A DNA stretch of 64,000 bases from Neoechinorhynchus agilis (GCA_051530055.1 CM121341.1:5000784-5064783), one strand, 5' to 3'; shown: positions 10,606 to 23,755, counted from the stretch's first letter. Translations and numbers: made by a program. Notes: generated by a model not told the origin, from the letters alone.

Positions 10606-10956
10606 TCTAAAAATTGAACGTAAAAAAACTGTCAATTCTACATTTTACTACTATTACAAACTGAAGAATTTCCGTAAAGTCACGTTGAAGTCACAAAAAC
10701 GTGTTGTCTTTTAACAGATCATGCTTTCGAAAATCTAGTTGGATACTTTTTAAAGAAATCATCATTCAGGCAAATTCGAATGAGAAAATGTAAACAATTA
10801 AGGTTGTAATTTAGTAATTTTTTAAATTGGTAAGTAATAAAAACTATTTTTTAAGGATCATGCCAAGAACACAGATTACGATTGAGAACAGTCGTGGCTC
10901 AATGTTGAAAAACAAGCAAACAATCGTGGTTTCATGCTGGAAAATTGCGATTAGGA

Positions 10957-12082
10957 AACCGAACTTATGAATTAAAAAAATTGGTGAGAAATCTGATAAT
11001 GTAAAAAAATGGAAATAAAAAGATTCTAATTCCAGGCTAATTGTAAAATAGACTAATCAGTAGATTTTAAATCGGAGACGATTATAGAATAATAGAACGC
11101 CAAATGATAATTTTGTTTAAAGATCAAAAATTGAGGTGATTTGGAGAAATATTTGAGACCTTTTCGACATAATGAAGAAACCGACCGAACTTATGAATTA
11201 AAAAAATGAGTGAGAAATCTGATAATGTAAAAAAATGGAAATAAAAAGATTCTAATTCCAGGCTAATTGTAAAATAGACTAATCAGTAGATTTTAAATCG
11301 GAGACGATTATAGAATAATAGAACGCCAAATGACAATTTTGTTTAAAGATCAAAAATTGAGGTGATTTGGAGAAATATTTGAGACCTTTTCGACATAATG
11401 AAGAAACCGACCGAACTTATGAATTAAAAAAATGAGTGAGAAATCTGATAATGTAAAAAAATGGAAATAAAAAGATTCTAATTCCAGGCTAATTGTAAAA
11501 TAGACTAATCAGTAGATTTTAAATCGGAGACGATTATAGAATAATAGAACGCCAAATGACAATTTTGTTTAAAGATCAAAAATTGAGGTAATTTGGAGAA
11601 ATATTTGAGACCTTTTCGACATAATGAAGAAACCGACCGAACTTATGAATTAAAAAAATGAGTGAGAAATCTGATAATGAAAAAAATGGAAATAAAAAGA
11701 TTCTAATTCCAGGCTAATTGTAAAATAGACTAATCAGTAGATTTTAAATCGGAGACGATTATAGAATAATAGAACGGCAAATGACAATTTTGTTTAAAGA
11801 TCAAAAATTGAGGTAATTTGGAGAAATATTTGAGACCTTTTCGACATAATGAAGAAACCGACCGAACTTATGAATTAAAAAAATGAGTGAGAAATCTGAT
11901 AATGTAAAAAAATGGAAATAAAAAGATTCTAATTCCAGGCTAATTGTAAAATAGACTAATCAGTAGATTTTAAATCGGAGACGATTATAGAATAATAGAA
12001 CGGCAAATGACAATTTTGTTTAAAGATCAAAAATTGAGGTGATTTGGAGAAATATTTGAGACCTTTTCGACATAATGAAGAA
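10957..12082. repeat. Tandem array, ~225-bp unit, 5 copies
   Basis: cttatgaatt at 10964, 11191, 11416, 11642 and 11867. Confidence 0.95.
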
Positions 12083-13019
12083 AATAATAAAAATAAAAGT
12101 GGTGGAATACTTGATTCGGTACTAATGGACTTCGAAGCACTCTCCGGAATGCAATAAAAACACAACCTAAGCAATTTATTATCCAGAAGGGGTGATAACC
12201 GTTCCGTTTTCCTCTGAAACAATTTAGATAAAAAACATAAAAACATTGTGCTGCGATTATTTTCAGAATGTAATAATGAAATTAAAAAGTGAACAAAACA
12301 ACGATTTATCATTATCCAGAGCAGTTAATTTCTCTTTAAATATTTGTCCTTAAATACGGATTGAAACAACATATCGTAAATTTCAGGAGTTTTTGTTGTA
12401 ATTGCCAATGAAATCGTACGAAACATTGCCATGATCGCCCAAATAAATGCTAGCGGCTTTAATCGAATAACTAATAATGCATTTTCCAACGAAGACTTTC
12501 TCTTCCTAATTAAATTATTTCAATACTTTACGTGAAGTTTGTCGATTTTTCCCGGTTGGGTACTCGTGGATCTTCTGAATATCAGAGAACATCTATAAAT
12601 TGGATAAAATTGATACTTAGGATTTCAAAAGATTTTGTGTCAAATCAATATTTCATGAACGGAGAAACGAGATCGTAAATTCAACGCAAATTGAGCTTTG
12701 TTGGTATTCGTATTAATAAATTAAGTTTTCGAGAGTTACGTTTCAATATTCGTTGAGCTGAAAATATCATTTATATTAGAAAAATTAAAAGCGGATAAAT
12801 TCATGATCTTTTTGAATGTTTTGAAAAATAAAAACTCCCAATTTCAATTCATTTTTAAAATTACCAATCAAAAAAACCACGCATTCACTTTTGCGTTTGA
12901 ACATTGAACTGTTCATGCTTTCCTTATATGGCATAAATTTAGAACTAATTTATTCAATCCGAATTTTAGGAGGCGAAATCGTAGGCATTTATCAAAGTTG
13001 TTGCGAATTAAACACTTGC

Positions 13020-15410
13020 AAGCAACCTTGGGAAAATCGTACACGAGATTGCTCCTCCTCCGAAAACAATGGAAATCAATCGAAATTCCCTCAATTTTTC
13101 CGCCATAAAAAAGAATTGTTCAATGTTCAAACGAGTGATCAAAGTTTCAATAATAAAGAAAACCAGCAAGGAACCTTGGGAAAATCGTACACGAGATTGC
13201 TCCTCCTCCGAAAACAATCGAAATCAATCGAAATTCCCTCCAATTTTTCCGCCATAAAAAAGAATTGTTCAATGTTCAAACGAGTGATCAAAGTTTCAAT
13301 ACTAAAGAAAACCAGCAAGGAACCTTGGGAAAATCGTACACGAGATTGCTCCTCCTCCGAAAACAATGGAAATCAATCGAAATTCCCTCAATTTTCCGCC
13401 ATAAAAAAGAATTGTTCAATGTTCAAACGAGTGATCAAAGTTTCAATACTAAAGAAAACCAGCAAGGAACCTTGGGAAAATCGTACACGAGATTGCTCCT
13501 CTCCGAAAACAATGGAAATCAATCGAAATTCCCTCAATTTTTCCGCCATAAAAAAGAATTGTTCAATGTTCAAACGAGTGATCAAAGTTTCAATACTAAA
13601 GAAAACCAGCAAGGAACCTTGGGAAAATCGTACACGAGATTGCTCCTCCTCCGAAAACCATCGAAATCAATCGAAATTCCCTCAATTTTCCGCCATAAAA
13701 AAGAATTGTTCAATGTTCAAACGAGTGATCAAAGTTTCAATAGTAAAGAAAACTAACAAGAAACCTTGGGAAAATCGTACACGAGATTGCTCCTCCTCCG
13801 AAAACAATGGAAATCAATCGAAATTCCCTCAATTTTCCGCCATAAAAAAGAATTGTTCAATGTTCAAACGAGTGATCAAAGTTTCAATACTAAAGAAAAC
13901 CAGCAAGGAACCTTGGGAAAATCGTACACGAGATTGCTCCTCCTCCGAAAACAATGGAAATCAAATGAAATTCCCTCAATTTTTCCGCCATAAAAAAGAA
14001 TTGTTCAATGTTCAAACGAGTGATCAAAGTTTCAATAGTAAAGAAAACCAGCAAGGAACCTTGGGAAAATCGTACACGAGATTGCTCCTCCTCCGAAAAC
14101 AATGGAAATCAATCGAAATTCCCTCAATTTTTCCGCCATAAAAAAGAATTGTTCAATGTTCAAACGAGTGATCAAAGTTTCAATACTAAAGAAAACCAGC
14201 AAGGAACCTTGGGAAAATCGTACACGAGATTGCTCCTCCTCCGAAAACAATGGAAATCAATTGAAATTCCCTCAATTTTTCCGCCATAAAAAAGAATTGT
14301 TCAATGTTCAAACGAGTGATCAAAGTTTCAATACTAAAGAAAACCAGCAAGGAACCTTGGGAAAATCGTACGAGATTGCTCCTCCTCCGAAAACAATGGA
14401 AATCAATCGAAATTCCCTCAATTTTTCCGCCATAAAAAAGAATTGTTCAATGTTCAAACGAGTGATCAAAGTTTCAATACTAAAGAAAACCAGCAAGGAA
14501 CCTGGGAAACGTAAGATTGCTCCTCCTCCGAAAACAATGGAAATCAATCGAAATTCCCTCAATTTTTCCGCCATAAAAAAGAATTGTTCAATGTTCAAAC
14601 GAGTGATCAAAGTTTCAATACTAAAGAAAACCAGCAAGGAACCTTGGGAAAATCGTACACGAGATTGCTCCTCCTCCGAAAACAATGGAAATCAATCGAA
14701 ATTCCCTCAAATTTTCCGCCATAAAAAAGAATTGTTCAATGTTCAAACGAGTGATCAAAGTTTCAATAGTAAAGAAAACTAACAAGAAACCTTGGGAAAA
14801 TCGTACACGAGATTGCTCCTCCTCCGAAAACAATGGAAATCAATCGAAATTCCCTCAATTTTTCCGCCATAAAAAAGAATTGTTCAATGTTCAAACGAGT
14901 GATCAAAGTTTCAATAGTAAAGAAAACCAGCAAGGAACCTTGGGAAAATCGTACACGAGATTGCTCCTCCTCCGAAAACAATGGAAATCAATCGAAATTC
15001 CCTCAATTTTTCCGCCATAAAAAAGAATTGTTCAATGTTCAAACGAGTGATCAAAGTTTCAATAGTAAAGAAAACTAACAAGCAACCTTGGGAAAATCGT
15101 ACACGAGATTGCTCCTCCTCCGAAAACAATGGAAATCAATCGAAATTCCCTCAAACTTTCGGCCATAAAAAAGAATTGTTCAATGTTCAAACGAGTGATC
15201 AAAGTTTCAATAGTAAAGAAAACCAGCAAGGAACCTCGATAAAGGCATAAGATTGCTCCTCCTCCGAAAACAATGGAAATCAAATGAAATTCCTTCAATT
15301 TTTCCGCCATAAAAAAGAATTGTTCAATGTTCAAAAGTGTGATCAAAGTTTCACGAGCTTACATAGCAAAGAAAACTAACAAGCAACGTCGATAGAAGCG
15401 TACAAGATTG
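13020..15410. repeat. Tandem array, ~148-bp unit, ~16 copies with two interspersed variants
   Basis: ttgggaaaatcgtacacgagattgctcctcctccg period 147-149; variants aatactaaagaaaaccagcaagg versus aatagtaaagaaaactaacaaga. Confidence 0.97.
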
Positions 15411-16193
15411 CTCCTCATTCTCCAAAATCAATTTTTATTCACTAAATCTATAATGAATTATTTGTTTTTCATTATAAAGTCGGCACATTTGTAGAAGATA
15501 CATTAAATACGTTTTTTTGGTTTTGAATAATAAAGGCTTTTGATTGAGTCGAAACAAAGATTCAATAAATTCACCTAAATATTATTTTGGCGATAATGCC
15601 GGTAATAGCACATTTGATTGATTGGAAATATTTCGCAGCTCCCTTCATCCCGAAGGATTTTCTCTGTCGATGACAAAACTGTTTCAAAAACCCCGAGGTT
15701 TTCCCCAATGGGTTTTTTCTTTTAAAATAACGCAGCAACAAATGAACGAAAATCATTTCGGTTATGGTAATCTCGTCAGGATTTCTTTAATGGTCGATCG
15801 CAAACAGTGGATCCACAGACAACTTGGAGAACAAGTAGTGTGTTTCACACGGTTGGCGTAATCACACCCGCATAGGAGACGGAAACACTGACGACAGCCA
15901 TAGAAGCTTCCCGGATTGTCACATCTTTAGTGATTTCTCTTTTTTAGATATTTTTCATCATCCAAATATCGATGTTTACGACGCTCTCTAATGTTGTGAG
16001 TTAGTTCAATCACATAGACACATCGTAAAATTTAACTAGAGTCTCTTAACAAAAGTGTCACACTTTCACACCAATGAAAAAGTCAAGTTCGGTGTGGTAC
16101 ACTCCGTCGAATCTTATGACTTTTCATTTGTGTATTAACGAGCGGAACTGAGGTTTTTAGCCACATTTTCTAACAAAAGTCAATTCGTTTAGC

Positions 16194-17276
16194 ATGGAAA
16201 ACAAGGACCAAGCTGCGATTCTACAAAAAGAATTGAGCGATATTCGAAATAGATTGTCCGCACTAAAGACTCGAGCCAACAATACTACATTCCATGATGA
16301 AACTCGCTCTATTGAACCTAAAAAGTTGTCGATTTCATCTAGGAGAATTTTAAAGGGACATTTGGCAAAGGTTGTTGGACTTCAATGGTTCTCAAGTGCC
16401 ATTAGTCCGATGGATTCGTTAGTCAGCGCTGCTCCAGATGGACGTTTATTGGTTTGGGATCCAATGACGGGGATGAAGACGGCTACAATTAACCTCTCAT
16501 GTCTTTGGACTACAAGTTGTGCGGCTTCATCTGACGCCCGATTTCTAGCAAGTGGATCGCTTAACAATGTGTGTTCTATCCATTCATTAAAAGACAAAAC
16601 TCCAGATATTAAGAGTCTTAAAGGACACGAAGGATATGTTTCCCAATGTAGATTTATTGAAGGATCTGTGAAGATTTTGACTAGTTCAGGAGATCATAGT
16701 ACAATCGAATGGGATATTGAAAATGAAAAACAGCTCAGTTGCTATAAGGGGCATATTGCGGAAGTTCTTAATATTGATGTTAGTTCGGATGAACGCTCTT
16801 TTCTCACTTGTTCACTTGATAAGTCTTGTAAAATCTGGGATAGGCGTACTGGGAAATGCGAAAAGACTTGTGAGGTTTGAGTAATCTAAGGTCCTATAAT
16901 GGATAATTTTTTCTGTATTTAGGGACATGAGAAGGACGTTAATGCATGTAGATATTTTCCAAATGAATTATTGTTCGGATCTGCTTCCGATGATAAAACA
17001 TGCCGGCTATACGATCTCCGTAGCGATCAATACATTGCTACTTATAGTCGCTCATTAATTTCAAGTGCTGCCACTTCAGTCTGCTTTTCAACGAGTGGAA
17101 GACTGATTTTTGCGGGATATGATGACTTCAAATGTAGAATATGGGACACTCTGAAGAACTCGCATGTGATTGGAAGTTTGTCGCATTCCGGACGTGTCAG
17201 TTGCGTCGAGAAAAATGCGAATGGAAATGCAATCAGCACTGCTTCTTGGGATGGAACTATTAAGATCTGGAATTAA
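16194..17276 (+). CDS. GNB: Heterotrimeric G-protein beta subunit, divergent, 344 aa
   Basis: N-terminal coiled coil, RRILKGHLAKV, WD40 repeats and C-terminal ASWDGTIKIWN. One 48-bp intron (16875-16922) joins KTCE to GHEKDVNA in frame. Confidence 0.95.
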
Positions 17277-17426
17277 AGAAATCAGATTCTTGGGGATTAT
17301 AGTCTTGATGAGTAAATCACACGAACGAGCTTTTTATAGGGGTTTTTTTTGAAATACTACTAAAATCAACACATTTTATCCACACACACAAAAAAAAACA
17401 ATTTTTATTTCTTATACTTTGTAAAG

Positions 17427-17778
17427 TCGATCACAATAAATAATGCGATTTTATGGTTTTATTATTTACAAAAAATCGTCGATGTTAATGTTTTCATGCT
17501 GAAATGAAAACATTAAATCAAACTGATCCGTACGTTTTATTCGCCACAAAAAACCAATATAATTCCCTTTTTTCTCGAAATTATGCAAAGATTTTTATCC
17601 TTGCGAATTGTAGACACAACTGATTAAATATTTCTGAGCAGTTAGATCGGTTGCATTCATTGGCAAATCGATCACAATAAATAATGCGATTTTATGGTTT
17701 TATTATTTACAAAAAATCGTCGATGTTAATGTTTTCATGCTGAAATGAAAACATTAAATCAAACTGTTCCGTACGTTT
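17427..17778. repeat. ~110-bp direct repeat, two copies ~240 bp apart
   Basis: tcgatcacaataaataatgcg...ccgtacgttt at ~17427 and ~17668. Confidence 0.85.
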
Positions 17779-18654
17779 CATCCGCTCTCGAAATTTTATT
17801 TTTAAAAAGAAATAGAATAAATAAAGTACAAAACGTGAAATCACCACCGTCCGCAAAATCTTAGCTTCTCTCCCTCCTCGGCTGTCGCTATCACGTTAGC
17901 AGCATTGCCTCGTTGAACTGCAAGCGACAAAGATTTTTATTCTTTGAACATTATATATTTAAAAAAATTAAATCGCAGCTCGCCGCCGGTTGTGGTCGTG
18001 TTCAGGCTTTTCGAAGAAGATCGAAGCTCAATGAAGTGTTGAGCAAAAAAAACGAACACGAATAGAACTAATGTTTAACGAAGCAATTAGAGATTAGCAA
18101 TCTTGATGCGGAATTGATTAGTATTCGGATGGGCAAGTTATTTCAGTGTACATTTGCAATCTCATGAGATGGAGAAAAACGAATTTCGGCGATTGAAAAA
18201 CTACAAAAGATGCAGGCTAGGAGCCATCGGAAGCAGAGGAAGTAAGCCTAAGACATTCGAGAGACATTAGGCGCGGATGCACTAATCCGGATGAACTTTA
18301 TATTAAAGCGTTTTCTAATCGAAAAATGCTTAAAGGCGGTTTCGACTCTTTTTAATAAAAGGAACCTCATGATTCGGTAAACCTGTGCGTGAGGAATTTA
18401 GCATGGGAAGAATAAAAATGGTTTAAGACTTGAACATGGTATTTAATCAGTGAGTTTAAAACTTGTGAAACAATAATTGATTTTCAACAAGACGTTTTAT
18501 TTATTTTGTTTAAGAAGAGGATCCATGTACCTCTGGGTCCTCGTGATCACTTTAGAGTTGATGACGGATCCGGAGAGGTGGAAGACGGATCCGGAGAGTT
18601 ACGTTCGACGACGACGACGATAGACCTCATGATTGATCAAGTTTTTGTTTTCGA

Positions 18655-19895
18655 AAGTTGACACTTGGAATAATAGTGTTTTAATGACAAAAAGAAAATC
18701 TTTACCCTGAGAGATTTCGCCGTCTTACGGCTTCCTCGGGAATCTACAAAAAAACGAGTGGAGATGTGAAGTTTAAGTTAAATAGCGACATTGAAATATC
18801 GAAAGATCGTCTCTCTTGTTGAGTAGTTCTGGAGCTTTGTCTGATGCCCTGGGATAAAATTGGTGCCTCGGCGATATATAGTTCTCGCCCCGGGTCCTTG
18901 GCCAAAACCCAAACTCGCGTGTGGAGAGTTTCACTTCTCCATCGCTGTGGCACTTTGAGTGGTGCTTTGTCCATGGTATAGCCATGATTTTGCGCCTTGG
19001 GAGCAAATTACAGACAAGATTTTATTTTAGCTCGAAGAAACGTGGTTTGCGAACGATGTTTGGCCGATGACAGACAGGCAAAATTGAACGCTTTTAAAAT
19101 TTATCTAAAGATAAATCCTTTTAATCTTCGAACGTCCTTTCTTTATGGTACAGTCAAGTTTTTTGGATGGACACTTGGCCGGGGGCTGTTGTAATGACAA
19201 AAAGAAAATCTTTATTTCAAGAGCTTTCGCTGTCGTGCGACGGAGAGTTCTGGACATCAGACAAAGCTCCAGAACTGCTTAACAAAAGAGACGAACTTTC
19301 CATACTTCAATGTCGCTACTTTAACTTAAAACTTCACATCTCCACGCGTTTTTAATGTAGATTCCTCAGGGAGCCTTAAGACGACGAAATCTCTCGGAAT
19401 AAAGACTTTCTTTTTGTCAATAAAACGGTTTTATTCCAAGTGTCAATTTTGGAAAATAAAAATTTGAGTTTAAAGATGATAATTTCACATCAAAAAAAGG
19501 AGCGTAATTCACAATTCGGCTTACGTCCTTTCTTTATGGTACAGTCAAGTTTTTGGATGGACACTTGGCCGGGTGTAATGACAAAAAAAAATCTTTATTT
19601 CAAGAGCTTTCGCCGTCGTGCGACGGAGAGTTCTGGGCACTCAAACAGAGCTCCAGAACTACTTAACCAAAGAGATGAACTTTCCATACTTCAATGTCGT
19701 TACTTTAACTTAAAACTTCACATCTCCACGCGTTTTTAATGTAGATTCCTCAGAAGACGACGAAATCTCTCGAAATAAAGATTCTCTTTTTGTCAATAAA
19801 ACGGTTTTATTCCAAGTGTCAATTTTGGAAAATAAAAACTTGAGTTTAAAGATGATAATTTCACATCAAAAAAAGGAGCGTAATTCACAATTCGA
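18655..19895. mobile_element. Non-coding dispersed element in fold-back plus tandem arrangement
   Basis: 18656-18850 is an inverted copy of 19250-19447; ~19450-19895 repeats the preceding block; a homologous copy lies inverted at 36360-36905. Confidence 0.75.
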
Positions 19896-20099
19896 CTTTT
19901 TGACCATCGAACATGAAAAACTGAGATCAGTCAAGAAAACGAAACGATGCAACATGATCAGCGATCTGACAATCGAATGAAATGCTGACGATCACTTGGA
20001 AACGTGATTTTAAATGCTTTGTACAATTCTTTCCGGACAAATGACGTAAGACGCGAACATTGACGTAGCTGCCCAAAGAAACTTCTTCGATATTCTGAA

Positions 20100-21395
20100 A
20101 TGGTTAAGGTTGCGATCGTCGGTTGCCTCCATGGCGAGTTGAATTCTGTTTATGAAGACATCGAATTGATCGAAAAGGAGATGAATGTGCAAATTGAACT
20201 CGTTCTGGTATGTGGGGATTTCGAAGCGATCCGCAATCATCAAGACCTTGACTCGGTAGCGGTTCCCAGTAAATATCGTAAACTTGGGGACTTTTGGTCT
20301 TACTATTCAAGGATCCAGACAGCTCCTAGAATGACCATCTTTATTGGCGGTAATCATGAATGTTCAAATTTCTTAACTGAGCTTCCTTATGGAGGATGGG
20401 TAGCTGAAAACATCTACTATTTGGGTCGCAGTGGAGTTGTAAATTTCCGTGGAATTCGAATTGCAGGATTGAGTGGGATTTATAAGGCTCGTGACTTTAA
20501 ACGTGGAATCTATGAAGTGCCTCCGTTTACTCAAGAGACCGTCCGTTCATGCTATCATGTCAGAAATTTGGACATATTACGATTGAGCCTCCTTAACCAA
20601 CCTGATGTTGTGCTAACTCACGACTGGCCACGAGGAGTTCATCGATTCGGCACATCGGAAGATATAAACACTTTAAGAAGTCAAAAAGAGCACCTTTGTG
20701 AGGATATGGACTCGGATGCTCTTGGTAGTCCAGCGTCCGAAATGCTTCTTGAAAAACTCACACCTTCCTACTGGTTTGCAGCTCATCTACACACCAACTT
20801 CTCAGCCGTTATTCAACATTCAACCGGCGCGGTTACTAAATTTCTCGCTTTAAATAAAGTCAAGGAAGATTATTCCCACATACGAGTGATAGACATTGCA
20901 GCAGACCAAGGAGAATTTTGTTATGATCAACAGTGGATTTCGATTCTCAAACAAACAGATTCGATGATCAACACTGATCCAGTCGAGCAAACCAACTTAA
21001 AATCGGTTGAACCTGAATCAATCGACAACGATGATTTCGGAGACTTACGAATTCCTCAATATCAACAAATCTTCGAGTGGACAGCGTCGCCTTCGCTTAC
21101 GGACGTTGAAGACCGCTACGATAATCCATTTGAATATGTACCATTCGAAAACCCACAAACTGCTGCATTTTGCCGAAAATTCAACGTACGAGATCCCCTT
21201 AGGCTGCGATTGAGCAATCTTGGACGACAAATGATCGACATTGTTAATGCTAGAAGGATGTGTGAAAAGAAACTTATTCAATGGATCAATTCTGAAGAAA
21301 TTGGGCAATGCAGTGACCTTGAGGAAAACGAAGAGCAAGGTCCAGAAAACGATGAAGAAAAGGCCGGTGAAGTTTCGGCGATTGATGAAAATTGA
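20100..21395 (+). CDS. DBR1: Lariat debranching enzyme, 431 aa, intronless
   Basis: VGCLHGEL, CGDFEAIRN, GGNHE, THDWP and AAHLH metallophosphoesterase motifs, plus the lariat-recognition segment YxVPPF. Confidence 0.97.
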   Translation: MVKVAIVGCLHGELNSVYEDIELIEKEMNVQIELVLVCGDFEAIRNHQDLDSVAVPSKYRKLGDFWSYYSRIQTAPRMTIFIGGNHECSNFLTELPYGGWVAENIYYLGRSGVVNFRGIRIAGLSGIYKARDFKRGIYEVPPFTQETVRSCYHVRNLDILRLSLLNQPDVVLTHDWPRGVHRFGTSEDINTLRSQKEHLCEDMDSDALGSPASEMLLEKLTPSYWFAAHLHTNFSAVIQHSTGAVTKFLALNKVKEDYSHIRVIDIAADQGEFCYDQQWISILKQTDSMINTDPVEQTNLKSVEPESIDNDDFGDLRIPQYQQIFEWTASPSLTDVEDRYDNPFEYVPFENPQTAAFCRKFNVRDPLRLRLSNLGRQMIDIVNARRMCEKKLIQWINSEEIGQCSDLEENEEQGPENDEEKAGEVSAIDEN

Positions 21396-21748
21396 AGGAT
21401 TTTCTCGGCGATTCCAATAAAAATTGCTATGTAACTAAGGTTTCATTTTCTATTTTGATCAAGAATAATGTTGGAAACACCCTAATTAGGATAGTCCCGA
21501 GAAGCCTTCGTAATAAAACACTGAAAAGACTCTGCAGAGACTTGTGTTGTCTACTGAGCACAATTGATCGAATTTTCATCTGCTCACCGAATACCTTTAT
21601 AAAATTTTCAACAAACAATCAAAACGCCTCTCAACGCTACCACCACAATTTTTACATCATTTTTTATCTCCTTTTCACACGAGCACAACACTCGTAATTC
21701 TAATTTGTTTCATTTTCTCTCATCCTCGCACCTCCCAGTAATTTTCTT

Positions 21749-22290
21749 GGATATCGAGACCCGAAATGGACCTAAGGAGAGACCCAGCCTCACAAATTCC
21801 CCTACAGACAATAGACGCCAACTTTCGTATCCGAACGAGCCCATTATCCACTTTTAAATCAACAACCACATTCAATTTTACCTATCAGTAATCGCACTTC
21901 CCTGTACCAACTTTCCCACCCGAACGAGCCCGTTATCCACTCCAAAATCAACAACAGGATATCGAGACCCGAAATGACCTAGAGAGACCCACCTCACAAA
22001 TCCTAAACAATACGCAACTTTCCCGACCCGAACGAGCCCGTTATCCACTCCAAAATCAACAACCACATTCATTTTTCCTATCAGTAATCGCACCTCCCTG
22101 TACTTCCGCTCCTTTTTCCATACTGCCCAATCTTCTTGGATATCGAGACCCGAAATGAACCTGAGAAGAGACCCAACCTCAGAAACTCCCCAGAAAACAA
22201 TAACCGTCAACTTTCCCAACCCGATTGGATATTTCCCCGCCCGACCAGACCCGGTATAGACTCCAAAACCAACAGCCACATTCATTTATC
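21749..22290. repeat. Degenerate modular C-rich repeat
   Basis: gatatcgagacccgaaatg three times (~21750, 21959, 22140) and ccgaacgagcccgttatccactccaaaatcaacaac three to four times, in shuffled order. Confidence 0.8.
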
Positions 22291-22504
22291 CTATCAGAAC
22301 TCGAGTGTTCATGATGATCGTTTCCTATTCTTTATAAATTAACAAATAAAATGTGTTATTATAAGATACGATCTTTTTAGAATGAAGTACAGCGATTGAG
22401 CAATCAAAATTACTGTGGATTTGTATTTTAAACGTTTGATTCCGGTCGACTTCGATGACTAAGGTGCCTGTCTGAAATTTAAGTTTTTGCTTAACAATCT
22501 CTTT

Positions 22505-23228
22505 TTTTTAAAGTTTTACTGGCAAGCCGGTATTGTTATCATCATTCAATTTTAGTCAATCCCTTTCTTGTCCGGCTATCAAAATTAATCCGGTGCCCAC
22601 TGCTCACAGTATTGGACACTATTGCCGAACTCAGTAGTCTTTAAGGCTGCTCTCAGGATTCATGAACATCCGCGATTAATAACATTTTTTTCGATTAAAG
22701 TCGTTTCGAACTTCGTCGGATTCATCATCAGTTTGTTACTAATAGACGCTATTGGATATTTAGGCTGGACTTAATTGTTTTCTCCAAGGACGGCTTGAAG
22801 TTTGAGAAATCCCATCCATGGTTTCGCTCTCCCTTCATTTTCTTTTTTTCAAAGTTTTCCGATATTATTTTAAAATACCGGCTTGCCAGTAAAACTTAAA
22901 ATAGAACACAGCGCTCACCCTGAGTCGAATAACTGGCTGAGTTTGACATTTCGTAGTTGTGTCGAGGTGGTCACCCGTGATCCCGATTTTGGGAATCCGT
23001 TACCACCAAAGACGCACAGCCAAAGGAGACGAAATACCTCGTTGAAAGGAGGAAACTCACTGATGAGTCCCGCCTCCTCGGGAGGTATCTGAAGATCCGC
23101 AGGAATGTACAAACTCTTTTATCGGATGCATTAGAGATTATGTGGTTATATCACTTCTCTGATTTAATTGGTTTGGCTTTATGCCTAAATAAATAAGCCG
23201 GACAACTAAAGGGATTGACTAAAATTTA
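22505..23228. other. Interleaved inverted repeats around a GC-richer structured island
   Basis: Arm A ~22505-22533 pairs with 22872-22900; arm B ~22548-22580 pairs with 23195-23228; local stems at 22935-23095. Confidence 0.7.
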
Positions 23229-23755
23229 ATGATATTCTCATTTTTTATTCGAAATTCTTCAAACGTAATTTTCGCTTTAGATTGCCAAACCTTTTGCACG
23301 CAATAAAATAATATACAAACGTTTTAAGAGTGTATCACCATCCATATCTGATAAAATATTTCATCGCCGATTCTAGATCGCATTTGAATCATGTCTTTTC
23401 TGGTTGGAAATTTTTAGACTTATGCCCCTTGTAGTGTTTTTTCTACGATTCAAATTTCTGACAAGAAGATTGCCCCTATTAATTGCGTTAAATATAATTG
23501 CTTCGTTTCATATGGACTAACTTCATTGTTTTCCGCTTAACAGACATTACTCATTATATTGATTTCCTAATTTTTTTACTATAAGCTGAAATTATTTTGA
23601 ACAACGTCAATGGTACCCATCATTATTAAAATCACAATTTGAACCCTGACTTTGCCCGAGAGTAAATTAGATCAAATTAATCGGAATTTCTTTTTTAGAC
23701 GCAACGAAGCAAGTTGCTTTTAATATTCGATGATCTGCATAGTGGTTTCTGGCCG

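Noticed and set aside
12891-15346. 416-aa and other long ORFs in the 148-bp array
   Set aside because: They arise from frame rotation through a repeat with few stops, occur in several frames and on both strands, and show no domain.
23040-23100. RNase P or HDV-ribozyme similarity (ctcatcagtg; gtcccgcctcctcg)
   Set aside because: Only short matches; the CR-I/CR-V motifs and the HDV nested pseudoknot cannot be built.
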